Counted from the stretch's first letter, positions 32,419-46,069 are shown. The stretch: 47,293 nucleotides of DNA from Cyanobacteriota bacterium (GCA_033764955.1 JANRIL010000013.1:1-47293); one strand, 5' to 3'. Made by a program: numbers and translations. Notes: generated from the letters alone by a model not told the origin.

Positions 32419-32583
32419 CGCTGATGCTCCTGTTAGACACCATTCGTCAGGTCTACTTTACCCCAATTTGTTGAGGGAAACCGAATCAAGCTTATGGCCA
32501 CCTCGATTAATTACCTTATTGCGAAAACTAACCACGGTATACGAGGATATTCTCAACAAACACCTCTATTTTTCGAGGTGCCC

Positions 32584-33048
32584 TTATCCGTCTTTCAATT
32601 CCCGTTGGGTGTCTCGCTTAATTTGTTTTTCTTTGAGGGATTGGCGTTTGTCGTAGAGTTTTTTACCACGAGCCACGGCAATATGGGCTTTGATCCAGCC
32701 TCGACTGAGAATCAACTTGAGGGGAATCACGGTTAAGCCTTTTTGTTCCACCAAGCCCATCAAACGGTTGATCTCTTTACGGTGTAACAACAACTTGCGG
32801 CGGCGGGTCGGATCATGGTTGAAGACTTTGCTGGCGGTAGTGTGGGGAGAAATGTGCATGTTGTGCAGCCACGCTTCTCCATCCCGAAACAGGGTAAAGG
32901 AGTCTTGCAGATTGGCTTTGCCCGCCCGAATCGACTTCACCTCAGTTCCGGTCAATTCAATACCCGCTTCAAAGGTTTCTAAAATTTCGTATTCAAACCG
33001 AGCGCGGCGGTTATCCACAATGGTTTTGTAGTCTTGGCTGATAGCCAT
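32584..33048 (-). CDS. smpB: SsrA-binding protein SmpB
   Basis: NRRARFEYEILETFEAGIELTGTEVKSIR, RKLLLHRKEI, GKKLYDKR. Confidence 0.98.
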   Translation of the reverse strand: MAISQDYKTIVDNRRARFEYEILETFEAGIELTGTEVKSIRAGKANLQDSFTLFRDGEAWLHNMHISPHTTASKVFNHDPTRRRKLLLHRKEINRLMGLVEQKGLTVIPLKLILSRGWIKAHIAVARGKKLYDKRQSLKEKQIKRDTQRELKDG

Positions 33049-33155
33049 GGTCCGGATCCCTAAACCTAATGTTCAGCGCTAGTGAGCTTGCTGTTGATTT
33101 CTATGATGGCCTTATCTTAGGAAGTTGGACTAGCCTGTGGGTAAAAGGTTCTCCC

Positions 33156-34505
33156 TCAGGAGATTTCCCCGGATTCGGCACAACGACTCAGGTTGCGCTG
33201 AGGCAGGGTAACGGTAAAGGTGGAGCCGTGCTGAGGAGTGCTTTCCACCTGAATCTGCCCCTGGTATTGGTCAACAATCGCTTTGACAATCGCCAACCCC
33301 AACCCAGAGCCACGGGGGTGACCGGAGGGATCCCAGGTTACCTGACTACGGGCTGGATCCCCGCGAAAAAATCGGTCAAACAGGCGGGGCAGGGCACTCG
33401 CCGCAATACCGATGCCTGTATCCACCACCTGCAATTGCAGATAGGTTTGCCCAGAGCGTAGGCTGGGCTTGAGGCAGACGGTCACCTTGCCCCCCGCCGG
33501 GGTATAGGTGAGGGCGTTGTCCAGCAGATTGGTGATCAGTCGCGCCAGATGATCGGGATCCCCCCAGAGAGTAAACGCCTGATCCGACCAACCGTTCTCC
33601 GCCACGGGATCCAAAATCTCTAGCGAGAGGGAAATATCTTTCTGGTGAGCCAGGGTTTGTTGTTCCTCCACTACCTGCCAAAGCAGGGCATCCAACAGGC
33701 AGCACTGGGGATGGGCAGGCAACATCCCACTGTCTTGCCGAGCTAAGAACAACAAATCATCCACTAAGCGACCTAAACGGCGGGTCAACCGCTCGATTAC
33801 CTGCCAACTGCGCTGTTCTTGCTCCCCCAGATGCGGATCCGCCAACGCCACCTGCACATGGGTTTGAATGCTGGCTAGGGGGCTTCGCAATTCGTGGGAG
33901 GCATCCGCCGTAAACTGTTTAAGGCGTTGATAGGCATCTCCGATGGGTTGCATAGCCAGTCCGGCCAACGACCAACCGACAGCCCCGACAAACCCGACGG
34001 TCACCACGACTCCCAAACCGAGATCTAGCAACAACTGCTGAGTGGGTTTGGTCACTTCAAACCAGGGGTGACTGACCCGCAGATATCCCAAAATTTGCCC
34101 ATCCACCCGAATCGGATCCGTATATTGACGGAGCCAATAACCGGAGGCTAAAAACACCGTTTGAATGCCCGTCCGCTTCAGCAAAGGGACTTGCAACACC
34201 TGCAACGCCGTTGACCAGATCAATTCTCCCCGGTCATTAAACCACTCCAGATCGATGTGGTCGTCTTCTAGGGTATCGGGGTGGTTGCGAAAACTTTGTT
34301 CGGGGTTAACCTGCCAGACGCCCTGATGGGCTTCGATCACCAGGGATCGCTCGACAATTTCCACCACATGGCCTAGAGTGTCATCCACCCGCTCGATCAG
34401 GGTGGCTCGTACATAGCCATAAACCCCACTGGCAAAAACCAGCAACAACACCGCCGTCACCGCCGTATACCAGAGAGCCAAGCGGCGGCGGGTGGAGAGC
34501 AACAT
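33156..34505 (-). CDS. Membrane sensor histidine kinase (ManS/Hik27-like)
   Basis: Two TM helices, H-box FTADASHELRSPL, N-box NLLDNA, DTGIG, FDRFFR, GSGLGL. Start uncertain (34505-34526). The ManS assignment is from recall and pairing with the regulator. Confidence 0.88.
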   Translation of the reverse strand: MLLSTRRRLALWYTAVTAVLLLVFASGVYGYVRATLIERVDDTLGHVVEIVERSLVIEAHQGVWQVNPEQSFRNHPDTLEDDHIDLEWFNDRGELIWSTALQVLQVPLLKRTGIQTVFLASGYWLRQYTDPIRVDGQILGYLRVSHPWFEVTKPTQQLLLDLGLGVVVTVGFVGAVGWSLAGLAMQPIGDAYQRLKQFTADASHELRSPLASIQTHVQVALADPHLGEQEQRSWQVIERLTRRLGRLVDDLLFLARQDSGMLPAHPQCCLLDALLWQVVEEQQTLAHQKDISLSLEILDPVAENGWSDQAFTLWGDPDHLARLITNLLDNALTYTPAGGKVTVCLKPSLRSGQTYLQLQVVDTGIGIAASALPRLFDRFFRGDPARSQVTWDPSGHPRGSGLGLAIVKAIVDQYQGQIQVESTPQHGSTFTVTLPQRNLSRCAESGEIS

Positions 34506-34536
34506 TTCGTCCTGCTTGCCCATCATTGCTCTGAAC

Positions 34537-35250
34537 TCATGGGGTTTCTCCGGCAGCAAAGCGGTAGCCCTTGCCATAGACCGCCCGAATCAGGGGGGAT
34601 CCCTCACCCTCGATCTTGCGGCGTAATAAGCGCACCTGCGCCGCTAAAACATTGCTGCTGGGTTTCTCCTCCAACGGCCAAAGATGTTGATGGATCTGGT
34701 CGTGACTGAGCAGTTGCCCAGGATGACGCATGAAAAATTGCAACAGTTGAAATTCTTTTTCGGAAAGATCGATCACCCGTCCTTGCCGATAAGCTAGGCG
34801 ATTGTCACAATCTAACTCTAGGTCTGCCACCTGCAACTTAGTAGTGGGGGAAGGTGGCGTAGGGGATCCTGAGGAGCGGCGCAGCAAAGCTCGCACCCGT
34901 GCCAACAATTCCCGCAGTTCAAAAGGTTTGATCAGATAGTCATCCCCCCCCACATCCAAGCCCTGCACCCGATCATCGAGGGTATCTTTGGCGGTGAGAA
35001 ACAGGACAGGGGTGAGGTTGCCCGCCGAGCGCAGGTACCGACAGATCTCCAATCCCGATACCCAGGGCAACATCCAATCCAAGATCAACAGATGATAGGG
35101 AACCGTCACCAGGCTGGGATCCTCCTGTCGCAGAAGATCCAAAGCCTTTTGTCCATCGTAGGCCACATCCACCTGATAGCCTTCACGGGCAAAGAGCTGA
35201 GCCAATGAGTCCGTCAACTCCCGCTCGTCATCCACCAACAAAATTGGCAT
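34537..35250 (-). CDS. OmpR-family response regulator (ManR-like)
   Basis: ILLVDDE, LILDWMLP, FLTAKDTLDDRV, KPF, SSNVLAAQVRLLRRKIE, VYGKGYRF. ATG at 35250. Confidence 0.92.
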   Translation of the reverse strand: MPILLVDDERELTDSLAQLFAREGYQVDVAYDGQKALDLLRQEDPSLVTVPYHLLILDWMLPWVSGLEICRYLRSAGNLTPVLFLTAKDTLDDRVQGLDVGGDDYLIKPFELRELLARVRALLRRSSGSPTPPSPTTKLQVADLELDCDNRLAYRQGRVIDLSEKEFQLLQFFMRHPGQLLSHDQIHQHLWPLEEKPSSNVLAAQVRLLRRKIEGEGSPLIRAVYGKGYRFAAGETP

Positions 35251-35510
35251 TGACCCATAATCCTGATCTGTTCTACGCTTCTGCCCGAATTTTGGCACAA
35301 TCCAGCGTAGGGATCCCTTCACCCTTGGCTGAGATCATGCCGGCAGAAAATGGATGGATTTTCACAATAAATACGATTGATTCTTATCCGCTTCTCAACC
35401 AATTTTGGGTCAGTTCGGGTGGAATGGAAGAAAGCGGTGCCGGAGACTCCCCCCAGTCGCGTCTTCTTTTATCCTTTTTTACCCACCGCCAGGAATCTTC
35501 AGGAATCTTT

Positions 35511-36245
35511 ATGAATATCTCCCAATCCGTTGCTTTCGTGACCGGAGCTAATCGTGGCATTGGCAAAGCTTATGTGGAAGCCCTCCTCCAAGGGGGATCC
35601 CGGCGGGTTTATGCCGCTGCCCGACAGGTGGATAGTCTTGCGCCGGTAGTTGCCCTCGATCCGCAACGGGTGGTTGCCCTGCCCCTCGACATCACCCAAC
35701 CCCAACAGATCGCGGCGGTGTCAGCTCAGGCTAGCGATGTCACCCTCTTGATTAACAATGCTGGGGTGATCGGATCGGGGGGATTTTTGGCCGATCATGC
35801 TCTAGAGACCGCCCATCAGGAGATGGACACCAATTATTTTGGAACCTTAGCCATGATGCGAGCTTTTGCCCCCATCCTCAAAGCCAACGGCGGTGGCGGA
35901 ATGGTCAATATGCTGAGTGTAGTTGCCCATGCTAATGCTCCTGTGTTTGGTTCCTACAGTGCCTCTAAAGCCGCTCTTTATTCTCTCACCCAAGGGATGC
36001 GTGCCCAGTTAGCCAGCCAAGGGATCCGAGTGTTTGCCGTCTTTCCGGGGCCTGTTGATACTGCCATGGCGGCTGGACTGCCTGTGGATAAAACCCCTCC
36101 TCTACAAGTCACTACTTATGTCTTAGGGGCTATCGAGCAGGGTATCGAAGACATTTATCCGGATCCCACCGCCCAGCAGATCGAGGCTGGGATCCATCAG
36201 GATCGCAAAGCAGTGGAACGACAATTTGCCAGTTGGTTGCCGTAA
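35511..36245 (+). CDS. Short-chain dehydrogenase/reductase
   Basis: TGANRGIG, INNAG, YSASK, PGPVDT. ATG at 35511; the longer ORF extension is unlikely. Confidence 0.9.
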   Translation: MNISQSVAFVTGANRGIGKAYVEALLQGGSRRVYAAARQVDSLAPVVALDPQRVVALPLDITQPQQIAAVSAQASDVTLLINNAGVIGSGGFLADHALETAHQEMDTNYFGTLAMMRAFAPILKANGGGGMVNMLSVVAHANAPVFGSYSASKAALYSLTQGMRAQLASQGIRVFAVFPGPVDTAMAAGLPVDKTPPLQVTTYVLGAIEQGIEDIYPDPTAQQIEAGIHQDRKAVERQFASWLP

Positions 36246-36432
36246 TCTCTGGATGTCCACTCTGTCTGGGTAGGGAATGAGGGCTAACAAAGGGAGGCTT
36301 TCCAGGCAATCGGGTGGGTTCGTTTACAATTAAGATACAAATTAAGCGATGTAAAAATTCCTGCCAGACCTTTCCGAAGCGGTTCAGTCGGCGGGATCCC
36401 TTTACCCACTCCCTACCTCCTTTTCTCACGCG

Positions 36433-39069
<2,637 letters not shown>

Positions 39070-39177
39070 GCTGTTAGCAGAAAACTGTGCGGGTTGATCG
39101 GCTAGGTATCCTCCTTCCCTGATACCTAAGGCTTTTACACCCCTTTTTCCCTCCTTCCGCCTGACACCAAATCTGTT

Positions 39178-39576
39178 ATGCCGACAACCATGACTCTTAA
39201 CCGTATCCTGCTGGTGGAAGACGATCCCGATATCCAAGCGGTAGCCAAACTAGCCCTAGAAGCGGTAGGGGGGTTTACGGTCAACATTTGCAGTTCGGGC
39301 AGAGAAGCGTTGCAGATGGCTCCCCAATTCTCCCCCGATCTGATTTTGTTGGATGTCATGATGCCCGGTATGGATGGCCCCTCTACCCTCAAGGCGCTGC
39401 GGGAACTGGCAACCTTTCCGACTGTACCTGTAATATTTATGACTGCAAAAGTGCAAACTCATGAGGTAGAAGGATACAAGCAGCTCGGGGCGATGGATGT
39501 CATCTCTAAGCCTTTCGATCCCATGACCCTTTCTTCTCAAATCAATGACATCTGGTTGCGGCATCATGCCAAGTAG
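39178..39576 (+). CDS. Single-domain response regulator (CheY-like)
   Basis: LLVEDD, LILLDVMMPGMDG, FMTAK, ISKPF. Start 39178 or 39190. Confidence 0.92.
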   Translation: MPTTMTLNRILLVEDDPDIQAVAKLALEAVGGFTVNICSSGREALQMAPQFSPDLILLDVMMPGMDGPSTLKALRELATFPTVPVIFMTAKVQTHEVEGYKQLGAMDVISKPFDPMTLSSQINDIWLRHHAK

Positions 39577-41254
39577 TCCTCCTCAAGATATTCGTGCTCA
39601 ATTGGAGGGGTTGCGCCGTACTTATGCAGCCCAGCTAGAGATGCGGGTGGAGCAAATCGAAGATGCTTGGAATCAGCTTCTCCATAACAACTGGGATCCG
39701 GCCATCTTGCAAACCCTTCACCGCATGGTGCATACGCTGGCGGGATCCGGGGCAACCTTTGGCTTTCACTATCTGAGCAACGTGGCGCGCACCCTAGAAG
39801 TGTTATTGGGGGGGGTGCTAGAGGCCGGAACGGCTCCGATTGCTCTGCAACGCATTCAGATTCACACGCTGCTAGCCTCCCTAAAACAAGCCGTTACCCA
39901 CTCGGAGCAGATGCTTCCTCCTCCCGATTTGGTGGATCATGTGCCTTCCCTGGATTCACCCATTTATGATGAAAACAATCGCCTCATTTATTTAGCCGAT
40001 GATGATCTGGAACTAGCCAAAGACTTAGCCTTGCAAATTAGCTATTTTGGTTATGAAATTGAAATTTTTTCCGATTGTCAGCTTTTGATTGCCGCTACTC
40101 AAGAGAATCGACCTGCCGCCATCATTAGTGATATTGTCTTTCCTAACAGTCCCTCAGCAGGGATTGAGATGGTCAATAGCCTGAAGCAACTTTCTGAAGC
40201 CGTCACTCCACCTATTTTATTTATTTCCGTCCGCGATGATTTGACGGCTCGATTGGAAGCTGCCAGAGCAGGGGTCAAGGCTTTTTTTACCAAGCCCGTC
40301 AATGTGCCCCAACTCATCGACAAACTGGACGAACTAACTACCACTCGTGCCCAAGAACCCTATCGCATTTTGATCGTCGATGACGAAGCTTATTTAGCCA
40401 CCTATTACTCGCTAATTTTGCAGCAGGCACACATGTTAGCCGCTGTGGTAACGGATCCTGCCGATCTCATGGTGGCTCTAGATGAGTTTAATCCTGACTT
40501 GATTTTGATGGATGTTTATATGCCGAATTGTACAGGCATGGAACTGGCTACGGTAATTCGTCAACAGGAGAGTTATGTCGGGATCCCGATTGTTTTTCTC
40601 TCAACGGAAACCAACATACATAAGCAATTGATTGCGATGAGTTTGGGGGGAGATGACTTTTTAACTAAGCCCATTGAGCCTGAGCATTTAATCATGGCGG
40701 TAGCCTCCCGCTCCCGCCGCTCGCGCACCCTTCGCTCCCTGATGACTCGGGATAGCTTGACAGGGTTACTGAATCACACCAAGACCAAAGATCAGTTGCT
40801 CTACGAAGTTTTACGGGCAGAACGGCAGGGAACCCAGGTGGTTTTTGCCATGATTGATTTGGATCATTTTAAGTCGGTGAATGATTCCTATGGTCATGCA
40901 GCGGGGGATCGAGTCTTAAAAAGTTTGTCCCGCCTTTTGCAGCAGCGCCTCCGCAAAACCGACACGATTGGTCGGTATGGGGGAGAAGAGTTTGCGGTTA
41001 TTTTGCCCGATACGGATGGGGAAGCCGCCTTAAAAATTTTGGATGATATTCGCATCAAATTTTCTCAGGTACGCCAACAGGCTGAGGACGCCACTTTCTC
41101 CTCAACATTTAGCTGCGGAATTGCTGTCTATCCTGAGTTCAAAGATGTTTCTTATCTGAAAATGGCTGCCGATAAAGCTCTTTATCGAGCCAAACATCAA
41201 GGGCGCAATCAACTGGTGCTAGCCAGTCCTCTATCGGAGAATCGCCTAGACTAA
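39566..41254 (+). CDS. Hpt-REC-REC-GGDEF diguanylate cyclase
   Basis: Hpt HTLAGSGATFG; two receiver domains (IISD..KP; LILMD..KP); DSLTGLLN, I-site RKTD, active site GGEEF. Confidence 0.92.
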   Translation: MPSSPPQDIRAQLEGLRRTYAAQLEMRVEQIEDAWNQLLHNNWDPAILQTLHRMVHTLAGSGATFGFHYLSNVARTLEVLLGGVLEAGTAPIALQRIQIHTLLASLKQAVTHSEQMLPPPDLVDHVPSLDSPIYDENNRLIYLADDDLELAKDLALQISYFGYEIEIFSDCQLLIAATQENRPAAIISDIVFPNSPSAGIEMVNSLKQLSEAVTPPILFISVRDDLTARLEAARAGVKAFFTKPVNVPQLIDKLDELTTTRAQEPYRILIVDDEAYLATYYSLILQQAHMLAAVVTDPADLMVALDEFNPDLILMDVYMPNCTGMELATVIRQQESYVGIPIVFLSTETNIHKQLIAMSLGGDDFLTKPIEPEHLIMAVASRSRRSRTLRSLMTRDSLTGLLNHTKTKDQLLYEVLRAERQGTQVVFAMIDLDHFKSVNDSYGHAAGDRVLKSLSRLLQQRLRKTDTIGRYGGEEFAVILPDTDGEAALKILDDIRIKFSQVRQQAEDATFSSTFSCGIAVYPEFKDVSYLKMAADKALYRAKHQGRNQLVLASPLSENRLD

Positions 41255-41294
41255 GGGATAACCCCCCACACGAAACTGGTTGGCCTGGTTCGGT

Positions 41295-43046
41295 CTAAGG
41301 AGGTAATGGGATCCCTTCTCTTAGCTCTGGAGAAACCTCCTTCAGCAGATCCAGTTGAAAGGGATCCTCCGCCAGACGGCGGGCGTAGTTGGGGGTGAGA
41401 TAGGGGGCAAACTCGGTAGCCTGGTTGAGGTAAACCTGGAAAAACGCCGTACTCAGGGCATTCAAGTAAACTCTAGACTGAGCTGGATCTGGCCCTAAGA
41501 GGCTGGCGGGCACATCAAAAACCCCCCTGCCACCGCCCCCTAAAAACGAAAAATGAGTGCCATTTTCCAGCAACACCAGATAGTGATCGGGATCCGTAAG
41601 CTGTAAAAAAGGGTGGATTTGCTCAGGAACCGCCGGAGCAAAAAAGTCTTTGCTGCCCGCGATCAGCATGAGCGGAGCCTCAATAGCTTGCAGCCCTTCT
41701 CCCCCAAATACACTACTGGTCAGGGGATTGACGGCTATCACCGCCCGGATGCGCTCATCTTTGAGGGAGGGAAACTCCAGGAGCGGTTGGTCAGATAGGA
41801 GCAGGTTGAGGGCTTGGCATTGCAATAACAAAGCCGGATTGAGACTGACCCGACTGGTGGGATCCTGAGTGCAATCGGTGAGCAGTTTGCTGGAGTTGAG
41901 TTCCGCCCCCGCCGCCGCCAAGACCGTATAGCCTCCCAACGACTGCCCCAGCACCCCAACGTTGTCCAGATCCAGCCGCCCTAGCCTGGGATCCCTAGAC
42001 TGCTGATCCGCCAACACATCCAAAAGGGCCGTAATATCGCGGGGACGCTTCACCCAATCTTGTTCATCCGCCAGGGCATTAAACCCCGTCAAAAACAGTT
42101 TGAAGCTCTCAATATTCGTGCCGGGATGCTCCAGGACAGCTACAGCCAAGTTATGGGAGGCCAAGTGTTCGGCCAAATAGGCAAAGGTATTGCGATCCGA
42201 GGCAATGCCGTGGGAGATAACGATCAAAGGGACGGATTGGTCGGGATCCCCCTCTGGCAGGTACAAGTCCGCCTGCACCGCTTGCTCTCGCTCTGGGTTG
42301 CGGAAGCTCAGGGTCTCTTGCCGCCAGGGGGTGGATCCAACCTGCAAGGGGTCTGGAAGAGGCGGTGAGGTGGGAACCGCCAGAAACGGTACCGAGCGGG
42401 GGGCTGGCTCGGCTATGGGGGTTCCGGAATTGGGGAGCTGGGCAGAGGCAATCGCTTGGATGGCCGTTGTAATAGCATCGGCTTCCTGAAAAAGCTGGCT
42501 CACCTCCTGCACCACCTGACTGCTCAGACGCAGATCCACCCGCAGGCGGTCGGTGGGGTAGCGGCGAAAGAAGTTGACGAGAGTGAGTCCTTCCGGATCG
42601 GTTGCCGCCAAAATGAAGGCCGCCCGTAGCGCATGAAAATCCAGATCATCCGAACTGGACTTGAGCATCGGGGTCAACCGCCGCAACAGGCTTTCCCCCA
42701 CCGGGGAATAGGTAAATTGACTAACGGTCACCCCATCCACGGCAAACTGACGAGTCAATAAATCCTGCAAATCCGCCCGCTGATCGGGGGTGAGCCGCCG
42801 CACATAAAAATCCAGTTTGCGGGTGGTGCGCCCTTCGCGGGCAAATAGCTCCAGATCGGCAACGGGTAGAGACAGTTCAAACAGCGGCGGCCAAAATACA
42901 CCAATACTCTCAGCCGCCATCACCGGCTGACCCCACCCCACCAAAGCGAGCAGCCCTGCACCAACACTGCCCCAGAGGGATCCCCGTTTGGCTAAACCGC
43001 CCCATCGAAACGTGTCAAATCCTCGGTAGGTTGATTGTTGGCGCAT
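41295..43046 (-). CDS. Alpha/beta hydrolase with N-terminal DUF1400-like domain
   Basis: Signal peptide ending AAES, DUF1400-like region, VISHG, nucleophile GQSLGG, GTHFSF. Confidence 0.85.
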   Translation of the reverse strand: MRQQSTYRGFDTFRWGGLAKRGSLWGSVGAGLLALVGWGQPVMAAESIGVFWPPLFELSLPVADLELFAREGRTTRKLDFYVRRLTPDQRADLQDLLTRQFAVDGVTVSQFTYSPVGESLLRRLTPMLKSSSDDLDFHALRAAFILAATDPEGLTLVNFFRRYPTDRLRVDLRLSSQVVQEVSQLFQEADAITTAIQAIASAQLPNSGTPIAEPAPRSVPFLAVPTSPPLPDPLQVGSTPWRQETLSFRNPEREQAVQADLYLPEGDPDQSVPLIVISHGIASDRNTFAYLAEHLASHNLAVAVLEHPGTNIESFKLFLTGFNALADEQDWVKRPRDITALLDVLADQQSRDPRLGRLDLDNVGVLGQSLGGYTVLAAAGAELNSSKLLTDCTQDPTSRVSLNPALLLQCQALNLLLSDQPLLEFPSLKDERIRAVIAVNPLTSSVFGGEGLQAIEAPLMLIAGSKDFFAPAVPEQIHPFLQLTDPDHYLVLLENGTHFSFLGGGGRGVFDVPASLLGPDPAQSRVYLNALSTAFFQVYLNQATEFAPYLTPNYARRLAEDPFQLDLLKEVSPELREGIPLPP

Positions 43047-43132
43047 CGGTGAACCTCGGGGAAATCAGAAATCCAGGGAGCAAGCAACCCAGCTAGATTG
43101 TACGCCGCCTCTTGTTTGGGATCCCAGGTTTT

Positions 43133-45064
43133 CTATCCCAGATTTTCAATCGTCACTTCGGGGATATCATCGGCAGGGGCAAAACCAAAGATACGGGCAT
43201 AAAAATAAAATTCGGCTTCGAGGGCGCGTTGAATCGTTGTCGCTTGGCGAAACCCATGCTGCTCTCCGGCAAAGGCCAAGTAAGCCACAGGTAATCCCTT
43301 CTGCCGCAGCGCCTCCACCATCATTTCCGCCTGGTTGGGAGGAACCACCGCATCCTCTAGCCCTTGAAAAAAGATAATTGGACAGGCCAACTGCTCCACA
43401 TGATGAATTGGCGAGCGTTGGTGATAAAGATCCCGACGAGCCGGATAGGGACCAATCAGCCCATCCAGATAACGGGATTCAAACTTGTGGGTATCCCGAA
43501 CCAAGGCTTCCAAATCGCTCACTCCGTAGTAGCTGGCTCCTGCCTGAAAAACATCTCGAAACGTCAGGGCACAGAGGGTTGTGTAACCGCCCGCACTCCC
43601 GCCCGCAATGGCTAAGCGCTGACCATCAACATAGCCCTGTTCCACCAAATAGAGCGCTCCGTGCACACAATCATCCACATCCACGATCCCCCAAGCATCC
43701 CGTAGCCGTTGCCGATAAGCTCGTCCATAGCCCGTGCTCCCGCCGTAGTTGACATCCAACACCGCAAACCCGCGACTCGTCCAGTATTGAATTTTGAGAT
43801 TAAGGCTGGAAGAAGTAGCCGAGGTTGGCCCTCCATGACTCAACACCAGCAGAGGAGGGCGCTCCTGGTCGGGCGCTTGATAGTCCTGGTTGTGGGGCGG
43901 ATAAAAAAAGCCATAGGCAGTCAGATCCCTAGTCGTGGGAAATTCAATCGCCTGGGGCAACGATACATACCCCGCTGGCATCGAAATATCAATGGAGCGT
44001 CTCAGAACTTGCGTTTGTCCGGTTTTGAGATCCAGTGCTACCACCGCCGCCGCCTCTGTTGGGGATCCCCCGATAAACACGGCTTGGTCTGGGTTGACCT
44101 TCAGGTGGCTGATGCTGGTGAACGGAGTGGGAATGGGATCCCCTTCTCCCGAACGCAGATTTAACCTGAGCAAGTAAGATTGACCCTGCTGTTGGTAGGT
44201 GCAGAGCAACTCCTCAGCCGAGATAAAGCCATAGGTGGATAGCCCAAACACCCACTGTGGCTGACCAAATTCCGCCGACATCGGATAGACCGCCTCGATC
44301 TCCCCTTCGCGGTAACGATAGAGATTCCACCAGCCTGTCCGGTCAGAAACAAAATAGAGGGTGCCATCCGGCGACCAACTGGGCTGAAAAATCGACTCCG
44401 GTTGCTGACCGGCCACACACTCGGGATCCAACAACCGCCCATCCGGTTCGATGGCAGCCAACCACAATTGACCGGCATCCCAGGGCATGTGGGGGTGATC
44501 CCAGGTTAACCAGGCCAACTGAGTCCCATCCGGGCTAAGACAGGGGGAGGCATAAAAGTCATGCCCACTGGCTAAAGTCTCTAGGGATGGGGAAGAGGCA
44601 GCGGTATGGATAGCCACTAGACTATTGCTGGGTTCCCCCTGTCGATGATCTTCACAAACGGCGATCAGGCGCTGCTGTCGGTCATGCCAAACAAAATCGG
44701 CAAACCGGAGATTTTCTGGGGGCGTAATGGGGTGGGGATCTTCACCAAGGCGCTGTCGATAAATCCGTTGATCGGCAAACTGGCAAAAATAGAGACTATT
44801 CTCGCCAAAGCCAAAAGAGCCGCCGCCATATTCATGGACGCGGGTTCGCACATTAAACCCCTCAGGAGTCATATCATGAATCTGCTGATCTGCCCCACAA
44901 GCCACCACCACATAGCGTCCCCCTTGGCTGGGTCTACCCTCCGACCAATAGATCGTGGATCCCACCAGATGAAGTTCGCCTAAGCGCAAAACGGCTGAGC
45001 TAATCAAGTCGGCCTGAAGGGGAGATTTCCAGGATCCATAGGGAGCCACAGTGGTAGGGTTCAT
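43133..45064 (-). CDS. S9 family peptidase (prolyl oligopeptidase / acylaminoacyl-peptidase-like)
   Basis: APYGSWKSP, RVHEYGGG, HGGPT, GGSAGG, QGLED.VVPP, GEQHGFR. Confidence 0.93.
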   Translation of the reverse strand: MNPTTVAPYGSWKSPLQADLISSAVLRLGELHLVGSTIYWSEGRPSQGGRYVVVACGADQQIHDMTPEGFNVRTRVHEYGGGSFGFGENSLYFCQFADQRIYRQRLGEDPHPITPPENLRFADFVWHDRQQRLIAVCEDHRQGEPSNSLVAIHTAASSPSLETLASGHDFYASPCLSPDGTQLAWLTWDHPHMPWDAGQLWLAAIEPDGRLLDPECVAGQQPESIFQPSWSPDGTLYFVSDRTGWWNLYRYREGEIEAVYPMSAEFGQPQWVFGLSTYGFISAEELLCTYQQQGQSYLLRLNLRSGEGDPIPTPFTSISHLKVNPDQAVFIGGSPTEAAAVVALDLKTGQTQVLRRSIDISMPAGYVSLPQAIEFPTTRDLTAYGFFYPPHNQDYQAPDQERPPLLVLSHGGPTSATSSSLNLKIQYWTSRGFAVLDVNYGGSTGYGRAYRQRLRDAWGIVDVDDCVHGALYLVEQGYVDGQRLAIAGGSAGGYTTLCALTFRDVFQAGASYYGVSDLEALVRDTHKFESRYLDGLIGPYPARRDLYHQRSPIHHVEQLACPIIFFQGLEDAVVPPNQAEMMVEALRQKGLPVAYLAFAGEQHGFRQATTIQRALEAEFYFYARIFGFAPADDIPEVTIENLG

Positions 45065-45404
45065 AAAACAGTTGAGTAGGAAAGATCACGTAGGGAACAG
45101 CCAGGTGGCCAACCATCCATTCAGTCATCCATGATGGAGATCCGCGATGGGTTGCCACCCCTGAACATCATAGTGAAGAGCACGGGGTTACCCATAGCCA
45201 ATCCAAAAGGGATCCCTGCTGCGTACTCTCACCAGACTGGCTAGCTAGATAAGATTTGCCTGAAATCTGGAACGGATCGGTCTGATCAGCGTCTGGAAAG
45301 GCCAGTTGGGGATCGCAGCCGAGGCGTGCCTCCTGGCTACTGGAGGGTCTCCGGGATCCCCTACCGTTACGCTATGGTCTTGAACGTTTTCAGATGGTGC
45401 TGTT

Positions 45405-45833
45405 ATGAATACTCGTCGTGTTTTTTTGCGTTGGGTCGCCTTGGGTTTTGGTGCTCTAGCCGGCACGATTCCCGCTTTGCAACGCTGGCAGGGATCCGTG
45501 GCTCGTTCCCAAACCACCCCCCAGTTTAAGCCAGTGGCCAAAGTTGCTGACCTGAAGGAAGGCCAACTGTTGGTGGAAAAAGCCCTGGGCGATAAGTCCG
45601 TACTCCTTTTTCAAGATCCCACAGATGCCAAAAAAATATTGGCTGTCGATGCCGCTTGTACCCACAGAGGGTGTGATGTTGCCCTCAAAGGCAGTGAATT
45701 GGTTTGTCCCTGCCACAACTCTAAATTTGCTCTGAATGGCAATGTCACCAATGGCCCAGCTAAGGATCCCTTGACGGTTTACGAGGCCAAGTTGGAAGGG
45801 GATGCGATTTTGCTGGCCACCCCCAAAGCCTAA
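45405..45833 (+). CDS. Small Tat-exported Rieske (2Fe-2S) protein (PetC3-like)
   Basis: Twin-arginine TRRVFL; Rieske boxes CTHRGC and CPCHNS. Confidence 0.88.
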   Translation: MNTRRVFLRWVALGFGALAGTIPALQRWQGSVARSQTTPQFKPVAKVADLKEGQLLVEKALGDKSVLLFQDPTDAKKILAVDAACTHRGCDVALKGSELVCPCHNSKFALNGNVTNGPAKDPLTVYEAKLEGDAILLATPKA

Positions 45834-46069
45834 CGATCCGGCCATTCCTTCAAAAAGTCCCAAAAACTTCTTAAAAATCAGGGATCCCTATGGGCAACCA
45901 GCAGGGATCCTTGTTTCATGCTGGACATTTTGCCGATATCCCCACTGGCTCGCCTGCCACTGAATCTATCTGAGATTGGCTAACTTTCACGTCTGAATCG
46001 AGCAGAGGGATTCAAGATCAAGGTAAAACTGAAAAATACCTCACCTGCCCTTTTCACTCAGGCATCTCT

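Noticed and set aside
35490..35520. 10-bp tandem repeat CAGGAATCTT x2 before the SDR start as a ManR/OmpR site
   Set aside because: It overlaps the ribosome-binding region and cannot be distinguished from a small local duplication.
36246..36432. T-box leader upstream of alaS
   Set aside because: No T-box consensus or antiterminator seen, and T-boxes are not typical of cyanobacteria.
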